A stretch of 64,000 nucleotides of DNA from SAR86 cluster bacterium (GCA_022447065.1 JAKUUM010000006.1:761-64760); one strand, 5' to 3'. Positions 30,219 to 39,835 are shown, counted from the stretch's first letter. Notes: a model not told the origin generated them from the letters alone. Numbers and translations are program-made.

Positions 30219-31439
30219 GTGCAGCTTGATAATTCAGAAAGATCTAAAGAATTAGGAATCAGAATTTCACAATTTATGGATGAACATGTCTTCCCTGCCG
30301 AAGCTATTTATGCAGAGCAAATGGAAGAATTTACGAAGCAAGGAAACAGATGGCAGGTCCCCCAGATAATTGAAGACAAGAAGAAGATTGCAAAAAGTGA
30401 AGGACTATGGAATTTATTCCTACCCGAAAACCCCATGGGCGAGAGTATGAGTAATCTCGACTATGCCCCACTATGCGAATTAATGGGTAGGTCCGGGATA
30501 GCTTCTGAAATATTTAACTGTTCTGCCCCTGATACCGGAAACATGGAAGTGTTAGCTCAATATGGTACGCCAGAACAGCTAGAGTTATGGTTAAAACCTT
30601 TATTGGACGGTGAGATCAGGTCGGCCTTTGGCATGACTGAACCAAATGTGGCTTCATCTGATGCTACTAACATAAGCAGTTCGATAGAACCGGATGGTGA
30701 TGAATACGTTATAAATGGAGAAAAATGGTGGACCTCTGGTGCCGGTGACCCCAGATGTAAGATCATAATTTTTATGGGAGTAACCAATCCTGATAATCCA
30801 AAGCACTCAAGGCAATCCCAAATCCTGGTTCCCATGGACACACCTGGCGTTGAAATAAAGAGAATGATGACCGTATTTGGTTCAGATGATGCTCCGCACG
30901 GACATGCCCATATGAAGTTTACCAACGTCAGAGTTCCTAAAGAAAATCTCCTTCTTGGTGAGGGCAGAGGTTTTGAAATAGCGCAAGGTAGACTCGGACC
31001 AGGCAGGATTCATCATTGCATGAGGACCATAGGAGTAGCAGAGAGGGCACTCGAATTATTATGTAAAAGATCTACTTCTAGAGTGGCCTTTGGTAAGCCT
31101 CTATCCGAATTGGGTGGAAACTACGACATCATAGCTGATTGTAGGACGGAAATAGAAATGTGCAGGCTATTAACTCTCAAAGCCGCTTACCTGATGGATA
31201 AGGTTGGAAATAAGGTAGCGAGGAGTGAAATAGCACAGATTAAAGTTGCTGTTCCTAATATGGCTTTAAGGGTTATTGATAAGGCGATACAAATTCATGG
31301 TGGAGCTGGGGTTTCTCAAGATACTCCATTGGCTAAGCTGTATGCTGGTATGAGAACACTTAGAATCGCAGATGGTCCTGATGAAGTTCATCGAAGAACT
31401 ATAGCTAGAATGGAGTTAGCAAAATATAGCGACAGTTAA
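30219..31439 (+). CDS. Acyl-CoA dehydrogenase (ACAD10/11-like type)
   Basis: 406 aa, GTG start. [14 protein letters not shown] and a C-terminal [15 protein letters not shown] motif. Confidence 0.85.
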   Translation: MQLDNSERSKELGIRISQFMDEHVFPAEAIYAEQMEEFTKQGNRWQVPQIIEDKKKIAKSEGLWNLFLPENPMGESMSNLDYAPLCELMGRSGIASEIFNCSAPDTGNMEVLAQYGTPEQLELWLKPLLDGEIRSAFGMTEPNVASSDATNISSSIEPDGDEYVINGEKWWTSGAGDPRCKIIIFMGVTNPDNPKHSRQSQILVPMDTPGVEIKRMMTVFGSDDAPHGHAHMKFTNVRVPKENLLLGEGRGFEIAQGRLGPGRIHHCMRTIGVAERALELLCKRSTSRVAFGKPLSELGGNYDIIADCRTEIEMCRLLTLKAAYLMDKVGNKVARSEIAQIKVAVPNMALRVIDKAIQIHGGAGVSQDTPLAKLYAGMRTLRIADGPDEVHRRTIARMELAKYSDS

Positions 31440-31448
31440 ATTCGAGCT

Positions 31449-32306
31449 TTACTGACTTCTTTTTTCTACGAAGAAATCAAAGATTTTCTTTAGGTTTTCT
31501 TTGTTTTTAGAGATAAAGAAAGAATGGTCAGCACCTTCTATCTCATCGTAAATGTAATCCATTTCCAGATTTTCCATTTCAGCTACCCATTCTCTCGTCG
31601 GGTAGACCAATCTATCTTTAGTTCCTTGAAGAATAAACACGGGGATATGTTTAATGATTTTGAGGTCTTCCACGGTTCTTGTTTGAGGGGGTGCGGGAGC
31701 GGCCAGAGCTAGGGCATTCCATAGATCAGGATATTGCATGGCTAAATGATAAGTCCCTGAACCTCCCATGCTGTGACCCCAAAGGAAAATGTTCTCTGAG
31801 TCTATGGAATAGTTCTGCCTCACAAGATTTAAGACATTCATCACATCTTTTTCGCTGTATTTTCCCTCCCGCTCCAAAGATCTCTCATCGAGTCCTTGAG
31901 ACCAAGACCCAAACCATCCCCTTCGGGTATAGCCGAGAGGGGTGACCACTATAAAATTAAATTCTTCAGCAAAATCTAGTAGGCCCTCATAGCCCATTAA
32001 CCAGTCGTATGTTCTGGTCAAGCCGTGCAAAGATACAATCAGCGATATGGCTTCATCTTTATTGTATGAAGTCGGAACGAAAAGGGCATAAGGAATGGTT
32101 TCCCCGGTTTCCTCAAAAATATAATTTAGGTGTTGAACCCTTGGGTCATCGATAGCGCTCTCGTCATCCCATCCCGTCCGGATTAAATCTTGCATTTTTT
32201 TATCTTTTTTCCCCGATTCAGCATAACCGTTAAAAGACATTATAAGAACCGCCAACACAACAAAATGAAACAGTCTCACTGCATCATCTCCTTGAGGCTT
32301 GTGCAA
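31449..32306 (-). CDS. Alpha/beta hydrolase (secreted esterase/depolymerase-like)
   Basis: 285 aa with a hydrophobic N-terminal signal-like segment and nucleophile elbow GHSMGG. Confidence 0.65.
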   Translation of the reverse strand: MHKPQGDDAVRLFHFVVLAVLIMSFNGYAESGKKDKKMQDLIRTGWDDESAIDDPRVQHLNYIFEETGETIPYALFVPTSYNKDEAISLIVSLHGLTRTYDWLMGYEGLLDFAEEFNFIVVTPLGYTRRGWFGSWSQGLDERSLEREGKYSEKDVMNVLNLVRQNYSIDSENIFLWGHSMGGSGTYHLAMQYPDLWNALALAAPAPPQTRTVEDLKIIKHIPVFILQGTKDRLVYPTREWVAEMENLEMDYIYDEIEGADHSFFISKNKENLKKIFDFFVEKRSQ

Positions 32307-33280
32307 ATCTCATCCAAAACTTGAGGCACTCCAGGGATATAACCCATACTCGCAAAACCGTGAATAAAACCATGATTTTCCTGGTGAAAGACCTTATTGC
32401 CGGCCGCACTTAATTTTTTTGCGTATTCGTCGCCTTCATCACGTAAAGGGTCAAAACCAGCGGTAGAGACAACAGCGGGAGGAAGGTCAGATAAGTCCTC
32501 CGCCAATAAAGGGGAAACAAAGGGGTCCTCCATTTCATCCAATGAATTTAAGTAATGGTTTCTGAACCATTCCATGGCTGCTTTGGTAAGAAAAAACCCT
32601 TCTGCACATTCATCAATCGAATCTTTCTGAAGGTGAAGGTCCGTTACCGGATACAGCAGTAATTGTGCTTTTGGCAAAGCTTTGTTTTCTGTTTTCCTTC
32701 TCAAGCAAAGGGCGGCAGTTATGTTTCCCCCCGCACTATCACCTCCCGCTGCTACTCTGGTTTTGTCGATATCTAAGGAATCAGAATTGTTAAGTACCCA
32801 GTCAAAAGCTTGATCACAATCATCCAGCGGAACCGGGTATTTTGCTTCCGGAGATAAGCGATAATCGACAGAGAAAACTTTTGCCTCAAGGTTTTCACAC
32901 AGATAACCCGTCAGTTGGTGATGCGTTTCCAAGTCTCCAATAACCCATCCGCCTCCATGAAAATATACCAAAGCAGGAGCATTATTCTTTGTGACAGGGG
33001 AGCTGTATTCTCTTACTTGCATGGTTGCTCCTGACACGTCTAGTTGATGGTCTTTCCAGTCTACTGACGAAGGAAATTTGGCTGCAATTTTGTTCTGTTC
33101 TATGTAACCGGCTCTGAATTGTTCCGGAGTTAGTGTGTCAAAATCGGTAACCAAATTTTCAGTTAGTTTTAGCAAAAATTGAAAAGGAGGATGCAACTTA
33201 CGTTTTCCAATTTCAATTTGTTTTTTCCCGGATAGTTTTAGCAGCAGCCAATTAGGCAGCATCATCAATAGTTTAATCAT
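32276..33280 (-). CDS. Alpha/beta hydrolase fold-3 esterase/lipase (hormone-sensitive-lipase family)
   Basis: 334 aa with oxyanion motif HGGGW, nucleophile elbow GDSAGG and C-terminal HGF. Confidence 0.8.
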   Translation of the reverse strand: MIKLLMMLPNWLLLKLSGKKQIEIGKRKLHPPFQFLLKLTENLVTDFDTLTPEQFRAGYIEQNKIAAKFPSSVDWKDHQLDVSGATMQVREYSSPVTKNNAPALVYFHGGGWVIGDLETHHQLTGYLCENLEAKVFSVDYRLSPEAKYPVPLDDCDQAFDWVLNNSDSLDIDKTRVAAGGDSAGGNITAALCLRRKTENKALPKAQLLLYPVTDLHLQKDSIDECAEGFFLTKAAMEWFRNHYLNSLDEMEDPFVSPLLAEDLSDLPPAVVSTAGFDPLRDEGDEYAKKLSAAGNKVFHQENHGFIHGFASMGYIPGVPQVLDEICTSLKEMMQ

Positions 33281-33361
33281 CTTAAATCTCCTGATTTCAA
33301 CTATATCAAACTACATTAACTTCTTATAAAGAAAAGGCAGATGTCTTACAATTAATAGCAT

Positions 33362-33438
33362 AGACACGTAGCTCAGTTGGTTAGAGTACTTGCTTGACAT
33401 GCAAGGGGTCGGCGGTTCAAGTCCGCCCGTGTCTACCA
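33362..33438 (+). tRNA. tRNA-Val (anticodon GAC)
   Basis: AGACACGTAGCTCAGTTGGTTAGAGTACTTGCTTGACATGCAAGGGGTCGGCGGTTCAAGTCCGCCCGTGTCTACCA. Anticodon stem CTTGC/GCAAG, loop TTGACAT. Confidence 0.9.
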
Positions 33439-33492
33439 ATTTAACCAGGTTTTTTTAATTCGATATGGTATTGCTCTATCTTCACAGGTAAT

Positions 33493-34077
33493 TCAGGCTT
33501 CTTCGCGTCTTCTAATTCTATCCCAAGATTTATAACCTATTACGATAATGAAAAGATAGGTAAAAAACAGAAAAGAAGTTAAATAAAGGTCTCTTGACAG
33601 AAAGATGTAAATAGAAATTGAGTCTATTACAAACCAGTAAATCCAATTCTCAAGAACTTTCTTGGCAACCATATAAGTAGTGATAATTGCACCCCAAGTA
33701 GTCAAGGCATCCATGAACGGCAAAGCAGCTTCAGTATATTTTTCTAACATCCATCCAGATCCAAGGGCTAGGAATAGAATCACTGAAATAGCAGATAAAT
33801 GTTCTGAAAGATTCCATGTTTTAACTACCAGTCCTTGGCTGTCACTATTTAGCAGCCACTGCGACCATCCGTAAAATCCCATGACAATGTAAAAAATTTG
33901 TAAACTTGCTTCCATGTAAAGACCAGCCATATACATTACGAAGAGATATAAACAGGAACTCAATATCCAAGCAATCCAACACCAAATATTTTGTTTTACA
34001 GCTAAAACCAAATACAGAATAGCTAAAATCACAGCTGCAATCTCGAGAAGCTTCTCAAGAGAGAGATCAAAAGTCAT
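33493..34077 (-). CDS. PnuC-family transporter, probably thiamine-type (PnuT)
   Basis: 194 aa, polytopic and Trp-rich, with a PnuC-like pattern. Overlaps the stop of the TonB-dependent receptor by 11 nt, so it lies in the TPP-riboswitch operon. Confidence 0.65.
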   Translation of the reverse strand: MTFDLSLEKLLEIAAVILAILYLVLAVKQNIWCWIAWILSSCLYLFVMYMAGLYMEASLQIFYIVMGFYGWSQWLLNSDSQGLVVKTWNLSEHLSAISVILFLALGSGWMLEKYTEAALPFMDALTTWGAIITTYMVAKKVLENWIYWFVIDSISIYIFLSRDLYLTSFLFFTYLFIIVIGYKSWDRIRRREEA

Positions 34078-36187
34078 ATCGCACTAAAATACCCATATGC
34101 CTTGGATCCCCTTGTCTTTCGTAGAGAGCTGGGGAGAAATTAGGGGGTTCGTTACCGAAATAGAAGCCACGAACAGAGTAATAGTTATCGAACAGGTTTC
34201 TTAACCAAAATTCATAATTCCATTGTTCTTTTTTATAACCCAAAACAAGGTTCGATAAAAGGTAAGACTTTGATTTATTTGCATGAGAATCTGAGTAGTA
34301 AAAACTACTTTTACCTGTCATATCAAAGGACAGGTAAATATCGTTCCTTGGCTGCCAGTTTAGTCCAATGGCATAAGTTCGCTTAGGAGCATGGGCTTGG
34401 TCTCTTCCTTCAAGTTCTGGCCGTGATTCGTAACGATTTATTTTCGTTCTGAGAAACCCCACAAAAGAAAAGATGTTTAGATAATCGGTTAAAGCTGCAT
34501 TTAGATTCACTTCAATCCCATAGTTAACACCTTCTGCTGCATTTTGGGTCAGGAAGGAAAAAGTGTTTGGATCGTTAGGGTCAGTTTGAGTTGATATAAG
34601 CACCTGTTGATTTTCTCTATCTGAATAAAAAAGCACTGCGTCTAGACTCAAATTAGAGCTTGGATATCTCGTGTTTATACCAACTTCATAATTCATTAGG
34701 TATTCAGGATCATACATAAGATTCTCGTACGATGAGTTGGGCTGAAGCCCTAGTCCTAAATTGAAACCGCCTGATTTATAGCCTCTGCTAATACTTAAAT
34801 AAAAGTTGGTGTTTTCATGCCATGCTTTTAAAAGAGAGATTTTTCCACCCGACATCTGATTGGATAGCGAAAGGGATTCACCGTATGAATCACTATAATT
34901 TGACTCCCAATCTTCCCATCGAAGACCAAGGATCACCTTTGCTGAAGTCGAAATCAGATATTCAAAATGACCAAAAGCTGCAAGGTTTCTCGAGTCGTAA
35001 TAACTTGACGAAGAAAAGTCAACTTCGTATGGAGGGTAACCGCTAAAAGGGTCTTCGTAAATGCCTTCATCCTTCCTGTCATTTCTTTCTTTTATATCTA
35101 AATAATAAATACCAGTTACCCATTCATGTCTAACGCCTTGATCGAAGTCTGCTCGCTTGGATAAAACCCTAATTTCCTGATTAATAGATTTTCTTGATCT
35201 AATGGTTTCTGAAAAAAAATCATACACATAAGGTGCATTCGTCACAGGATTTCCCCAATCAGCATCGTAGCTAAATATGACGTCTGAATGCGAATAACTC
35301 GACAAACTCTGTAACTCAAATCCTTTTGCCCTATGAAAGATTTTTAAACCATAGGCATTGGTGTCTTGCGAGTCCATACCTGGTTTATCAGAAAGGGTAT
35401 TTAAACTTCCGTCGATGGTCCAAATATCAGCTGGGTCGTTTAGATCAATGTTCATTATCAAGAAATTTAGATCAGTTTTATCATTTACCTCCCAATTAAT
35501 TTTGAAACGTCCAGTGAATTCATCTTTTCTAGATGTATCAGAACGTTGTAGGTAGAGGTTCTTTCGAAATCCATCCATTTGATCTTTTCTTAAAGCAACT
35601 CTGTACTTGAAATTTTGATTTGAGTTAACAGGTCCGCCAAATGCCAGTCCAAGGCTAGCAATACCATAAGATCCAAGATTAACTTCACTATTTCCTTCAA
35701 AAACATCGGTAGGATCTTTACTTTTGATATAGATAAGACCTGCCAAGGCATTAGCACCCATTCTTGCTCCCTGTGGGCCCCGATATACCTCAATTTGCTC
35801 TAAATCAAAGGCAGTAGCTATACCTCCTTGTCCAGAAAAATCTATATCATCAATAATGAATCCGACCGAAGAATTAGGAGTTCCTTCGTAGCCAGATCTT
35901 TCACCAATTCCTCGAATTTGAAAATAGCGAGGTCGGGAGTCACTGCCAGCAAAATTTAAATTTGGTATCAAGAAAGAAAGCTGCTCAAAATGCTTGATTG
36001 GCTGACTCTCAAGCAGTTCTTGATCAAGAATTACAACGCTACCGTCCGTATCTTTAAGCTCAGCTTGTCTCCATGTACCTTTAACAACAATCTCTTCTAT
36101 CTCATCGGTCCTGGCATCAAGACTAAGCCACGAAACAGATAGGATTAAGAAAAAAAAAGTTAATTTAAAATTTAATAGATACGCCAT
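34067..36187 (-). CDS. TonB-dependent outer-membrane receptor (riboswitch context suggests thiamine or a thiamine precursor)
   Basis: 706 aa with a signal peptide and a plug region (EEIVVKGT...LDQELLESQP). Long beta-rich body and a C-terminal ...GILVRYDF with terminal Phe. Confidence 0.85.
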   Translation of the reverse strand: MAYLLNFKLTFFFLILSVSWLSLDARTDEIEEIVVKGTWRQAELKDTDGSVVILDQELLESQPIKHFEQLSFLIPNLNFAGSDSRPRYFQIRGIGERSGYEGTPNSSVGFIIDDIDFSGQGGIATAFDLEQIEVYRGPQGARMGANALAGLIYIKSKDPTDVFEGNSEVNLGSYGIASLGLAFGGPVNSNQNFKYRVALRKDQMDGFRKNLYLQRSDTSRKDEFTGRFKINWEVNDKTDLNFLIMNIDLNDPADIWTIDGSLNTLSDKPGMDSQDTNAYGLKIFHRAKGFELQSLSSYSHSDVIFSYDADWGNPVTNAPYVYDFFSETIRSRKSINQEIRVLSKRADFDQGVRHEWVTGIYYLDIKERNDRKDEGIYEDPFSGYPPYEVDFSSSSYYDSRNLAAFGHFEYLISTSAKVILGLRWEDWESNYSDSYGESLSLSNQMSGGKISLLKAWHENTNFYLSISRGYKSGGFNLGLGLQPNSSYENLMYDPEYLMNYEVGINTRYPSSNLSLDAVLFYSDRENQQVLISTQTDPNDPNTFSFLTQNAAEGVNYGIEVNLNAALTDYLNIFSFVGFLRTKINRYESRPELEGRDQAHAPKRTYAIGLNWQPRNDIYLSFDMTGKSSFYYSDSHANKSKSYLLSNLVLGYKKEQWNYEFWLRNLFDNYYSVRGFYFGNEPPNFSPALYERQGDPRHMGILVRYDF

Positions 36188-36262
36188 CCCTCCGCCATTA
36201 TTATATGGTTCAGGTTCAAAGGGTTCCCTTTAAGATCTCAGGTCAATGACCACCCCTTGTAC
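36188..36262 (-). promoter_or_regulatory. TPP (THI-box) riboswitch
   Basis: The minus strand reads GGGGTGGTCATTGACCTGAGATCTTAAAGGGAACCCTTTGAACCTGAACCATATAATAATGGCGGAGGGATG. It matches the conserved GGGGUG, CUGAGA, ACCCUUUGAACCUGA, AUAAU-loop hairpin and CG.AGGGA blocks. Its 3' GGAGGG abuts the receptor ATG. Confidence 0.85.
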
Positions 36263-36289
36263 TTAGTTGAAATGATAATATAAATTTCC

Positions 36290-37708
36290 CTACTTTTGTT
36301 GAATTTTACCTTTTGAAATAACAATATGAATATCCTGGGTATTCTTAATCTTCTCAAGTGGGCTACTATTCAAAATTACCAGATCCGCGTATTTCCCAGG
36401 ATCAATCGTTCCCATTTTATTGTCTAAATTGAAAAACTCAGCCGGAGTGATTGTTGCTGACCTCAATGCCTGTAAAGGGGTTAGGCCAGCTTCAACCAGC
36501 AACTCCAGTTCTTTGTGTAAACTATATCCAGGGGTGAGGAAACCAATAGGAGAATCAGTGCCAGCTATGATTTTGACGCCGTGTTCATTAAAGAGGCCCA
36601 CGATTTTCAGGCTCCAATCTTCAAAGATTTTATTGTTTTCCAGCACCGGTTGTTGAGCCAGACTAATAGAATCCGCTTGCCAACTTTCCTGAACTTTTTT
36701 GGGCAGAAATTGATAAGTTTCACGCCATTTACTATCGGCAAAAAATCTTTTTGAGCCAACGGTATTGATGGTTAAGGTTGGGGTTTGAAAAACATCATTT
36801 GCAGCCAAATATTTGATGATCCTAGTGCAGCGTGCTTCATCCACATTTTGTATAGCAATGTATCGCTGCGATTGATGAATCCTTGTTCTAAGCGCAGAGC
36901 CAGGAAGGGAATCTGAATTGTTTAACAACAATTTCCTTTGAGCTAAGATTTCTTCCGCATTTTTTGCACAAGCCAGGTCTAGATTTCTAATATGTTGCAT
37001 GCCATCCAGGCCGGCATCAATGGCTTCAATCAAACCGATGCTAAGAGGGATGTGGCTGGTAACCCGCAGATTTTTTTGTTTAGCAATTTCAAGTAAGTTG
37101 AGAAATGTTTTAGCAGACAACATTTCGTATGTTTTTAGGAAAGTAACGCCTTGCTTCACCAGATCATTGACAACAGCTGCAAGGTCAGTGGCTTCATTCA
37201 CGCCGATAGACAACTCAGGGAAGCCTGGTTCTTGTCCTTTGTACACCCTTAGGCTGCCATCGATTAATGGACCTGAATAAAATAGTCTTGGTGTTTTTTC
37301 TGGATTTTCGTTGGCGTAATCTATAGCAGGTTGCAATTTAGTGAGTACCGCCCCCGTATCACGGATACTGGTAATGCCGTTGGTCAGAAATAATGCATAA
37401 GCTGTTTTGTAATCAAGTTCAGGGATAAAAGTCAGATGCACATGCGCATCCCAAAGACCAGGGATCAGAAATTTACCCTTGGCATCAATAACCTTATCAT
37501 CCATTTTGATATCGATAATCTTAGTACTTGATTCTTCAATTGATTCAATGACACCACCCTGTAATACAACGGTCATGTTTTCTCTGACCGGATGGGCCGC
37601 ATCGATCAGTGTGACGTTTTCTATGATGATCCGGGGTGATGCTAAAGCTAGAGAACTGACTAAAAGAAAAGTGAGCATTAAAGAACGGCAAAAAAGACAG
37701 CCCTTCAT
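36290..37708 (-). CDS. Periplasmic amidohydrolase-family metallohydrolase
   Basis: 472 aa with a signal peptide (LMLTFLLVSSLALA), HxH metal motif WDAHVHL and a later GTDSP... region. Confidence 0.7.
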   Translation of the reverse strand: MKGCLFCRSLMLTFLLVSSLALASPRIIIENVTLIDAAHPVRENMTVVLQGGVIESIEESSTKIIDIKMDDKVIDAKGKFLIPGLWDAHVHLTFIPELDYKTAYALFLTNGITSIRDTGAVLTKLQPAIDYANENPEKTPRLFYSGPLIDGSLRVYKGQEPGFPELSIGVNEATDLAAVVNDLVKQGVTFLKTYEMLSAKTFLNLLEIAKQKNLRVTSHIPLSIGLIEAIDAGLDGMQHIRNLDLACAKNAEEILAQRKLLLNNSDSLPGSALRTRIHQSQRYIAIQNVDEARCTRIIKYLAANDVFQTPTLTINTVGSKRFFADSKWRETYQFLPKKVQESWQADSISLAQQPVLENNKIFEDWSLKIVGLFNEHGVKIIAGTDSPIGFLTPGYSLHKELELLVEAGLTPLQALRSATITPAEFFNLDNKMGTIDPGKYADLVILNSSPLEKIKNTQDIHIVISKGKIQQK

Positions 37709-38598
37709 GATCTCCTTCTGTTCAGATGTTTCAACAGCAACTGATCATAGCGACTCTTATCACTATCGTGACCAGGCCGCACGAAAGGCTCCCACTTAGG
37801 CGGTATCCCCTTAGGAGTGTCTCCCATTACGGTGACACGCTGTACCACCCTTTCTTCGTCAAAGTCATTCAGAACCTTGTGTTGGGTACAACGGTTGTCC
37901 CACATAGCTATGGTACCTGCCGCCCAGTGATAACGCATCGTGAAGCTTGGTGTTGCAATCCATTGAGTAAGGTAACCGAGCAAAGATTCACTCTCACTGT
38001 GACTTAGCTCTACGATACGGCGTGTGAAATGTTCGTTGACAAAGAGGGTTTTCTTCCCCGTTACAGGATGGGTGCGTACCACGGGGTGAATAGTCATATC
38101 ATCTGGGTGTCCATGAGGAGCCGCGTTGTGAAGAGCAGTGAGCCCTTGGCATAAGTCACGCAAGGGTGTGGAAAGTTTCTCTAAAGCGAGCTCTGGGTTG
38201 GCCCACAAAGTATCACCACCTATTTTAGGGCACTTAACCATATTGAGGATTGAAAAGAGTGCAGGGTTGGGTCGAAAAGTGATGTCTGAGTGCCACTCGT
38301 CCGCAACACCACCCCGACTGGCAACGAGTTCGAAGATCTTGTCATGCTCGGTGATCGGGTTCTCATAGTGGGGGTGTCCCTCAAGGTCCCCAAAAAGGGA
38401 ACCAAAAGCGACATGTTCATCAACACTGAGAGCCTGATCCGGAAACAAAAGTACTTTATGTTCGATCAGCAGATTTTCGATTGCAGAAGCTCCTTCAGCG
38501 TCCAGTATAGCGAGTTTGACGCCACGAATTTCAGCCCCCAGAGCCGAAGACAGGCGCTTTACCTCGAGGGATTGTGGGTCGAACTTCTGCGTCTTCAT
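37705..38598 (-). CDS. TauD/TfdA-family Fe(II)/2-oxoglutarate-dependent dioxygenase
   Basis: 297 aa. WHSDITF (HxD of the facial triad), the distal His in GTIAMWDNRCTQH, and N-terminal LGAEIRGV typical of TauD. The stop overlaps the next gene's start by 4 nt. Confidence 0.8.
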   Translation of the reverse strand: MKTQKFDPQSLEVKRLSSALGAEIRGVKLAILDAEGASAIENLLIEHKVLLFPDQALSVDEHVAFGSLFGDLEGHPHYENPITEHDKIFELVASRGGVADEWHSDITFRPNPALFSILNMVKCPKIGGDTLWANPELALEKLSTPLRDLCQGLTALHNAAPHGHPDDMTIHPVVRTHPVTGKKTLFVNEHFTRRIVELSHSESESLLGYLTQWIATPSFTMRYHWAAGTIAMWDNRCTQHKVLNDFDEERVVQRVTVMGDTPKGIPPKWEPFVRPGHDSDKSRYDQLLLKHLNRRRS

Positions 38599-38608
38599 TC
38601 AGCTTCTC

Positions 38609-38647
38609 CTATTCAAAACTCTTCTTCATGTACCTTAAAGTATAACT
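38609..38647 (-). promoter_or_regulatory. Conserved leader element, copy 1: TATACT -10-like hexamer plus a 6-codon mini-ORF (MKKSFE) upstream of the TauD-family gene
   Basis: The minus strand reads AGTTATACTTTAAGGTACATGAAGAAGAGTTTTGAATAG. The mini-ORF stop TAG overlaps the AGGAG SD of the main gene. 29/33 nt are identical to copy 2. Confidence 0.45.
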
Positions 38648-38695
38648 TCTATCTTGGTCTAAACTGCTTCTGTGTACCGCGTTAACCATTCGAAG

Positions 38696-39379
38696 CTATT
38701 TTGACGAGTGGTCGTGTTTGCTGTGATCATGTTTTTCTGGCTCTGGGCGCAAGTCTTCAGATTGTTCCGAATCATCGTTTTCATAATTGTCATCATAATG
38801 GCTTGGGATTTCGATGGCTTTACCATCATGTGATTGCTCACTATTTGTTGAATTATCAGTGTGATGCCCCATTCCTTTCGCTCTTGCCAATAAATCCTGG
38901 TACTGGGTTACACCAAGATCAGGCAATTTCTTTATGAACGCCACAACCGGCCAAATGGAGTCATCATCATGCGTTGCACCCCACGCAGGCATACCAGTCA
39001 TTTTGATACCATGCTTAGTTACCCAAAATAGTTCAGCAGATGACATTATCAATGCAGATTCCGAGAGATCAGGTGGAGGAGGATTCAACCCCAGGCCCAT
39101 TGCCTCAGGAGATTGGCCGGGAGCGCCGTGACATCCGAGACACATCTCACTGAAGTCATTAACACCGGCAAGGACCAAAGCGTCATCATGGAGATTTGGC
39201 ACGTTGATATCCTTAGCCGAGCGTTTTATCGAAGCATGAGAAGTCGTCGAAAATAACCAATTGGTGATACTGCTATGTGGTGAGCTTGCACTAATATCAT
39301 AGATACCCGAATACGCAAAACTGACAATAACTAATACACCGATGGTGACGACAATAATAAAAGATCTAATTTTTTTCAT
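38696..39379 (-). CDS. Membrane-anchored mono-heme c-type cytochrome with a His/Asp/Glu-rich C-terminal tail
   Basis: 227 aa with an N-terminal TM, heme motif CLGCH and HGIKMTGMPAWG (Met-ligand region). The tail reads GMGHHTDNST...EKHDHSKHDHSSK. Confidence 0.7.
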   Translation of the reverse strand: MKKIRSFIIVVTIGVLVIVSFAYSGIYDISASSPHSSITNWLFSTTSHASIKRSAKDINVPNLHDDALVLAGVNDFSEMCLGCHGAPGQSPEAMGLGLNPPPPDLSESALIMSSAELFWVTKHGIKMTGMPAWGATHDDDSIWPVVAFIKKLPDLGVTQYQDLLARAKGMGHHTDNSTNSEQSHDGKAIEIPSHYDDNYENDDSEQSEDLRPEPEKHDHSKHDHSSK

Positions 39380-39835
39380 AATTATCTCTGTATTTGTTTT
39401 CAGTTTAATATACCTTGTGTGGAGTCAGTATTCCTGTGTTTGATTACTTTGACAGTCCATAAAATTCAGCCATCAGAATAGATGCCTGTTCCGTGTGTAG
39501 CTGCTCTGATAAAACATTTCTCAACAGTTGAGTTTAAGTGCTTGTTTCTAGACTTACAGCTAGAGAGGGTAGAATAGAACAATTAATTGAGAGAATTATC
39601 CAGAAATGATTATGAACATATTATATTTGGTTGTGGGATTAATATTAATATCAATACCTACTACGATTTTTGCTGAGGGCATGTGCCTTTGCATTGTAAG
39701 GTCTTTCCTAGGCTTCTAAGACATATTAAAAGAAATCACATAGACCTCACCTGCATCAGTAAGTGTGTTGTGCTGCTGTTTGTATACTTTAAAGTGTAAT
39801 TTCCTTTTCGGTCTAATCTACTTTGCTTATAAGTC

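Noticed and set aside
33493-34077. Calling the PnuC-family gene a nicotinamide riboside transporter
   Set aside because: The operon leader is a TPP riboswitch, not an NAD-related control element. A thiamine-type (PnuT) role fits better, although substrate specificity cannot be read from sequence.
38659-39131. Track ORFs 38659-38841(-), 38701-38937(+) and 38934-39131(+) overlapping the cytochrome c gene and its tail
   Set aside because: They are alternative frames of the cytochrome c gene, which carries a CLGCH heme motif and a TM anchor. They have no independent support.
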